Assembly: GCA_963693055.1 (NCBI GenBank) | Contig: OY843751.1 | Coordinates: 832,001-896,000, forward strand | Reading direction: 5' to 3' | DNA length: 64,000 nt | Source: a bacterium | GTDB lineage: Bacteria > Zhuqueibacterota > Zhuqueibacteria > Residuimicrobiales > Krinioviventaceae | Shown here: one piece after another, positions 59,444 through 64,000 of the stretch | Layout: each line of letters opens with the position of its first letter | Position numbering within the stretch: the stretch's first letter is position 1 | Program-made: the position numbers and the translations under genes | The notes under the pieces: generated by a model | Database searches by the model: none | What the model saw: only the letters and a program-made list of their open reading frames with translations | Told to the model about the DNA's origin: nothing

Positions 59444-60226
59444 TGTATTCCTGTTGGGAGAATAAGCGCGGACAATCTGAATTCAAAACGCATACGGCCT
59501 GCTTATCCGGGTGTTTCAATGGCTCATAAAGATACTAGTGTAGGAACCCTGGGGGCAGTAGTCAAAGACAATGAAACCGGCGAACTATTGTTGCTATCCA
59601 ACAACCATGTCTTTGCTAATTGTAATCGGGCAATGCCAGGAGATATTATTATTCAACCCTGTAAAGCAGATGGTGGAAATATTAAAGCTGATGCATTTGG
59701 TCGATTAGAAAGATTTATACCTTTAAAGATATCTAATTCAAACCATTCAGGTATATTGGAATCCTTTGGATGCAAAACAAGGGACTATATAACACTTTTT
59801 TTAGGACTTTGGAATACGGAATATTTTAGAACAAAGTATGGCAACAAAGTTGACGCAGCCGTAGTAATACCTAAAGATAAAAGTGAGATCTCTTTCCATA
59901 TTCCTGAAATTGGGCCGGTTAAGGGCGTATCAGAGCCAGCGACAGGTATGCAGGTGCAAAAATATGGCAGATCTACAGGATTAACAATGGGAGCTGTTAA
60001 ATATACCCATATGGATATACGCGTTAATTACCCCGATGGTACATCTGTATGGCTTGTGGATCAGATCGTAACCTCTAAAATGTCTGAATTTGGAGATTCC
60101 GGTGCGTTATTGCTGGATATGCAAAACCGCGCATTAGGCTTGTTGTGCGGAGGATCTGAAAAAGTCTCTGTTTTTAGTCCTATACAAACGGTTCTCGAAT
60201 TATTGAATATTAGTCTGGTGATATAA
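59444..60226 (+). CDS. Trypsin-like (S1, Nal1-like) serine protease, apparently lacking its N-terminal prodomain
   Basis: Triad motifs SNNHVF, VDAAV, GDSGA; also GTLG, QP, KYGRSTGLT.G. Family-like sequence extends upstream of ATG 59519 (IPVGRISA...RIRPAYPGVS) to an in-frame TAA at 59423. Confidence 0.72.
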   Translation, partial: CIPVGRISADNLNSKRIRPAYPGVSMAHKDTSVGTLGAVVKDNETGELLLLSNNHVFANCNRAMPGDIIIQPCKADGGNIKADAFGRLERFIPLKISNSNHSGILESFGCKTRDYITLFLGLWNTEYFRTKYGNKVDAAVVIPKDKSEISFHIPEIGPVKGVSEPATGMQVQKYGRSTGLTMGAVKYTHMDIRVNYPDGTSVWLVDQIVTSKMSEFGDSGALLLDMQNRALGLLCGGSEKVSVFSPIQTVLELLNISLVI

Positions 60227-62383
60227 ATGTCAGTTTTTAATTTAATACATCTTTTGGGATTTGGATTCGGTGCAACGCTGACCATAATTATTATTGTGCT
60301 GACTATGCAAAAAACGCCAAAGTTCTATGATGATTACTTGCTAGGTATTGTTTTAAGCATGTGTTTATTGTGGCTGGGTGGTAATTTTATTGCACTGCTG
60401 GGTGGTTTTTTATTCGGAAGTGTGCTTATGGTGGAGATCAATGCGTTACTTTTGGTTTCATACCTCGGCTTGTTATGTATACCTTCGGCATTAATACATG
60501 GATTAACCGGTATTCTGCTTAGGGTTAAAGACAATCTGTCTTCTTTTTCCAAATTATACCAGGTGATCTTTGTTCTGGTTGTTTATGCACCCGTTGTTGT
60601 ATTTATTGTATTAGCCCTGCAATTTTATCTTAATCCCTATCTCAGGCTGCAACTTGATGATGTTTTAAGGACCCCGTTTTATTTGTGGGTATTGTTTTCA
60701 TTGGTTGTAGCAGTTATTATTTGTGAAAATCTTGCGCGCAGTCACCCCATGAAATCTGATCGATATTTTTTCAGAGACCTTTCAATATCACTTGCCGCTT
60801 TGGGAATTGGTATAATTGTTGTTTATATAATACCTTCTTATCGCATTTCATATGTTGGCAGATATTTAAATATGACGATGCGCATCTCTCCATCATATCC
60901 GCTTGCGATAATGGCATATTACGTTTATCGATACAATTTCTATCGGTTGGTAATCAAGCCTAGCCTTGTGTATTCTATTATTTATGGTACGGTGATGGCC
61001 ATCTATTTACTCGGAATCAGAAGGTTGGGAGAATATTTAAAACAATATCCCGAGGTGAATTCCGAGTTTATTGAAGGTATTCTTTTAATTGCCCTTGTTT
61101 TTGCGTTTCAGCCTTTCCGGCAATTGATACAAAATCGTCTAGACCGGATATTTTTCAGAGACCGGCATTTTTATCAGCAGGTATTGCGCGAATTGTCTGA
61201 TGCGATAATTGGTATTGTTGATCTGGAAAAACTGTTAACAACTATTAGTGATTCTTTATCAAAAGCTTTTAAATCAAGATCTATAACCATTGTTGTTTTT
61301 CAATATCAGGGTAAAAAACCTGAAATTTATAAAACTGTTGGACATCAGAATTTTAATGATTTTTTCGGGCTAGTACGTGCGTTTATGGCCACCCGAAAAA
61401 TGCGTCTCAGACAACAAATTAAGGATATGCGGGTAGTTAGAGAGCTAGAGGTAAACAATCTTGAACTGGCTGTGCCGGTTTTTTATCAAAAAGAAATGAT
61501 GGGAATGATCTGTTTAGAAGAAAAGCAGACAGGTATTCCGTATTCTGAGAATGAAATCGATATGCTTCAAACTTTTGCAAATCAAATTGGTCTTGCTGTG
61601 GAAAACGCACGTCTGGTACAGGAACGGTTAAATCTGGAAGCCAGAATTTATCAGGCAGAAAAATTGAATTCATTGGGCCAGTTGGCAACAACCATGTCTC
61701 ATGAAATTAAAAATCCATTATCTTCAATAAACAGTATTATTCAGGTACTATTCGAAAGTGCACAAGGTGAGGAACAAAAAGACCTTGAAATCGTTTTGAA
61801 CGAGATACAGCGTTTAAATAATATATTGAAAAAATTATTAACATTTTCAAAACCAACAGATGGTACTTTGGACAGAGTTTCATTGCGTGAAATGGTGCAG
61901 GATGTTATCTCTTTATTGAAATTTCAAGCAAACAAATACAATATTTTAATCAGGGTAAATGATTTTCCCGATCATGCATTTATATATGCCAACAATCAGT
62001 CTGTGCGTGAAATTATATTTAATTTGGTGTTAAACGCTATGCAATCCATTGACAATGAGGGGCATATTGAATTGGAACTGGAGGGACTGGAAAACGTAAA
62101 ACCGTTGAGGAAAATTTCAAAACGTGTTGATATATCTGATGTTAAAAAATGGTATTGCTTGACGGTTTTGGATGATGGGCCTGGTATTACAAAAGCAAAT
62201 TTAAGGCATATTTTTGATCCCTTTTTTACAACCAAAAGTTCGGGAAGTGGATTAGGGCTTTCTATTGTTAAAAAGAATGTAGAAGATTTTGGTGGTTTTA
62301 TACAGGTTAAAAGTCAGATAAAAAAGGGAACGGCGTTTAGTGTCTACTTTCCCGTACACGAACAAGAGTTGCAAAATGGATGA
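60227..62383 (+). CDS. Membrane histidine kinase: multi-TM + GAF + HisKA + HATPase (PrsK-like architecture)
   Basis: About 9 TM; FQPFR..IQ..LDRIFFR; GAF (LAVP...G...L.EK..G.PYS..E..L..FANQ..LAVEN); SHEIKNPL; DDGPG; GSGLGL. Confidence 0.88.
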   Translation: MSVFNLIHLLGFGFGATLTIIIIVLTMQKTPKFYDDYLLGIVLSMCLLWLGGNFIALLGGFLFGSVLMVEINALLLVSYLGLLCIPSALIHGLTGILLRVKDNLSSFSKLYQVIFVLVVYAPVVVFIVLALQFYLNPYLRLQLDDVLRTPFYLWVLFSLVVAVIICENLARSHPMKSDRYFFRDLSISLAALGIGIIVVYIIPSYRISYVGRYLNMTMRISPSYPLAIMAYYVYRYNFYRLVIKPSLVYSIIYGTVMAIYLLGIRRLGEYLKQYPEVNSEFIEGILLIALVFAFQPFRQLIQNRLDRIFFRDRHFYQQVLRELSDAIIGIVDLEKLLTTISDSLSKAFKSRSITIVVFQYQGKKPEIYKTVGHQNFNDFFGLVRAFMATRKMRLRQQIKDMRVVRELEVNNLELAVPVFYQKEMMGMICLEEKQTGIPYSENEIDMLQTFANQIGLAVENARLVQERLNLEARIYQAEKLNSLGQLATTMSHEIKNPLSSINSIIQVLFESAQGEEQKDLEIVLNEIQRLNNILKKLLTFSKPTDGTLDRVSLREMVQDVISLLKFQANKYNILIRVNDFPDHAFIYANNQSVREIIFNLVLNAMQSIDNEGHIELELEGLENVKPLRKISKRVDISDVKKWYCLTVLDDGPGITKANLRHIFDPFFTTKSSGSGLGLSIVKKNVEDFGGFIQVKSQIKKGTAFSVYFPVHEQELQNG

Positions 62384-63782
62384 GAAATTGAAAGAAAAGA
62401 TTTTAATAGTAGATGATGAGCCAACAGCCCGCTATGGAATACGCAAGGCCCTTGCAAAATTAGATTACGAGTTGAGTGAAGCTGGTAATGGCAAAGAAGC
62501 TCTTGAGAGCATTAAAGAAAATCTGCCGGATGTAGTTCTGAGTGATATATACATGCCGGAAATGGATGGCCTTGAGCTATTGAAAACGGTACAAAAACTA
62601 GAGTTTGAAGAAGGCAAAAGACCGTTAATTATCATGTTAACCGCTTTTGGCTCTGAAAAGCTCGCAGTAGAAGCTATGAAATCCGGGGCATATAATTATC
62701 TATCCAAACCATTTAATATTGACGAGTTGCGCTTGACTATTGAAAAAGCTCTCGAGAAAATCAGTTTGGGAAGAGAAAATGTATTATTAAAAAGACAACT
62801 GGGTCAGCACAAGAAAACTGCAATTGTAGGCCAAAGTCCGCAAATTTCAAATATCATTAAACTTGTAGATAAAGTTGCACCAACGGATGTAACCGTGTTG
62901 TTGACAGGAGAGAGTGGAACTGGTAAAGAGCTTGCAGCCCAAACCATACATAATACCAGCCTTAGACATGACGGTCCCTTTGTTACCATGAATTGTGCCG
63001 CTATTCCCAAAGATCTGGTGGAAAGTGAATTGTTTGGTCATGAAAAAGGTGCGTTTACAGGTGCTTCAAATCAACGTGAAGGTAAATTTGAGATTGCCAA
63101 TAATGGAACATTGTTTCTGGATGAAGTTGCGGATATGAGTCTGGAAACTCAGGCTAAAATATTACGTATTCTTGAGGAAAAATCTTTTTCCAGATTAGGC
63201 GGGAAAAAGATCATCCATACGGATGTGAGGCTCATTAGCGCAACCAATAAGGATTTGCAAACGGAGATAGCAGCTGGTCGGTTTCGGGAAGATCTTTTTT
63301 ACCGGATCAAAGTAGTCGAGATTCAATTACCTCCTTTGATTCAAAGAACTGGGGATATTGCATTGCTTGCTGATCATTTTGTGAAATTGTATGCGGTTAA
63401 ACATACTAAAGATGTTTCTGTAATTGATACAAAAACCATGCAGATGTTGTTAAAGTACAATTGGCCGGGAAATGTCAGGCAGTTAATGCATGTAATTGAG
63501 CAAAGTGTTGTTCTCTCTGAAGGTAAAGTTCTACTGCCAGATGTTTTGCCTCCTGAACTTTTGGCTGATAATACTTCAGGTAGCTTGACACTAACAGGAG
63601 ATGAGTCTTTTGCTGAAGCCAAAGAACGTTTTGTTCAGCAATTTGAAAAAGATATCATTCAAAAAGCATTGGTTAAAAGCAATGGGAATGTAAGTCAGGC
63701 GGCAAGAGAATTGAAAATGAAACGGCAGTTTTTACAACAAAAGATGAAAAGTCTCGATTTGAACGTACAGGATTATAAATAA
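62376..63782 (+). CDS. sigma54-dependent response regulator (REC-AAA+-HTH)
   Basis: ILIVDDE, SDIYMP.MDG, TAFG, KPF; GESGTGKE; GAFTGA; C-terminal HTH NVSQAAREL. Confidence 0.93.
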   Translation: MDEKLKEKILIVDDEPTARYGIRKALAKLDYELSEAGNGKEALESIKENLPDVVLSDIYMPEMDGLELLKTVQKLEFEEGKRPLIIMLTAFGSEKLAVEAMKSGAYNYLSKPFNIDELRLTIEKALEKISLGRENVLLKRQLGQHKKTAIVGQSPQISNIIKLVDKVAPTDVTVLLTGESGTGKELAAQTIHNTSLRHDGPFVTMNCAAIPKDLVESELFGHEKGAFTGASNQREGKFEIANNGTLFLDEVADMSLETQAKILRILEEKSFSRLGGKKIIHTDVRLISATNKDLQTEIAAGRFREDLFYRIKVVEIQLPPLIQRTGDIALLADHFVKLYAVKHTKDVSVIDTKTMQMLLKYNWPGNVRQLMHVIEQSVVLSEGKVLLPDVLPPELLADNTSGSLTLTGDESFAEAKERFVQQFEKDIIQKALVKSNGNVSQAARELKMKRQFLQQKMKSLDLNVQDYK

Positions 63783-63810
63783 AAAAAACCCGCTTATTAG
63801 CGGGTTTTTT
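63783..63810. terminator. Bidirectional Rho-independent terminator
   Basis: AAAAAACCCGCT-TATT-AGCGGGTTTTTT between convergent genes. Confidence 0.88.
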
Positions 63811-63818
63811 ATTATATA

Positions 63819-64000
63819 CTAATTAACCCTGTTGAAAACAAAGGGCAAGTTAACTGTAATTGAACCTTCTTTGATGGGTGGGAACTTTAGTCGTCTTACA
63901 ATATTCATCAACTCTCTTACAAAATCCTGGTTGTCAATTGTTGATTCAAGAATCTGAATATTGGATACACTACCATTGGCTTCAATAGTTACATCAAAAC
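63819..64000 (-). CDS. TonB/AgmX-like C-terminal domain protein, 5' partial
   Basis: Manual translation: FDVTIEANGSVSNIQILESTIDNQDFVRELMNIVRRLKFPPIKEGSITVNLPFVFNRVN*. Confidence 0.7.
   Translation of the reverse strand, partial: FDVTIEANGSVSNIQILESTIDNQDFVRELMNIVRRLKFPPIKEGSITVNLPFVFNRVN

Noticed and set aside
48944-63810. Similar CCCGCT..AGCGGG hairpins at 48952 and 63789 as a REP-like repeat family
   Set aside because: Only two copies, both fully explained as intrinsic terminators.

Overview
AT-rich bacterial chromosomal segment. The gene content (NYPNPFN/FlgD-Ig C-terminal sorting domains, a PorU-like C25 peptidase, a short Bacteroidota-type RpoD) suggests an FCB-superphylum organism such as KSB1 or Calditrichota; this is inference only. 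Region 1.3-32.6 kb is one co-oriented surface-glycan locus. It begins with a sigma54 promoter and a sigma54 activator lacking a sensor domain, followed by two secreted proteins with T9SS-type C-terminal domains. Then come an OPX/SLBB exporter, a Wzz-like co-polymerase, WbpD- and WbpI-like enzymes, Wzi, three Wzx flippases, a Wzy/GT-C-like protein, several glycosyltransferases, WecA and an epimerase. A ~1900-aa C25 (PorU/gingipain-clan) peptidase with two ILEI domains sits inside it. The best candidate for an undescribed system is this apparent 'cargo + sortase + anchor glycan + dedicated regulator' unit. The locus is followed by an intergenic DnaA-box cluster and then mostly housekeeping genes (eno, ftsB, rsmE, HIT, rpsU, yqeY, cvpA, mutS2, suhB, M23, sigma factor, rmuC, moxR, rlmN). 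The window ends with an N-terminally truncated trypsin-like protease coupled to a PrsK/PrsR-like two-component pair. No rRNA, tRNA, CRISPR array, IS or prophage was recognised. All calls come from motif recognition by eye; no searches were run.
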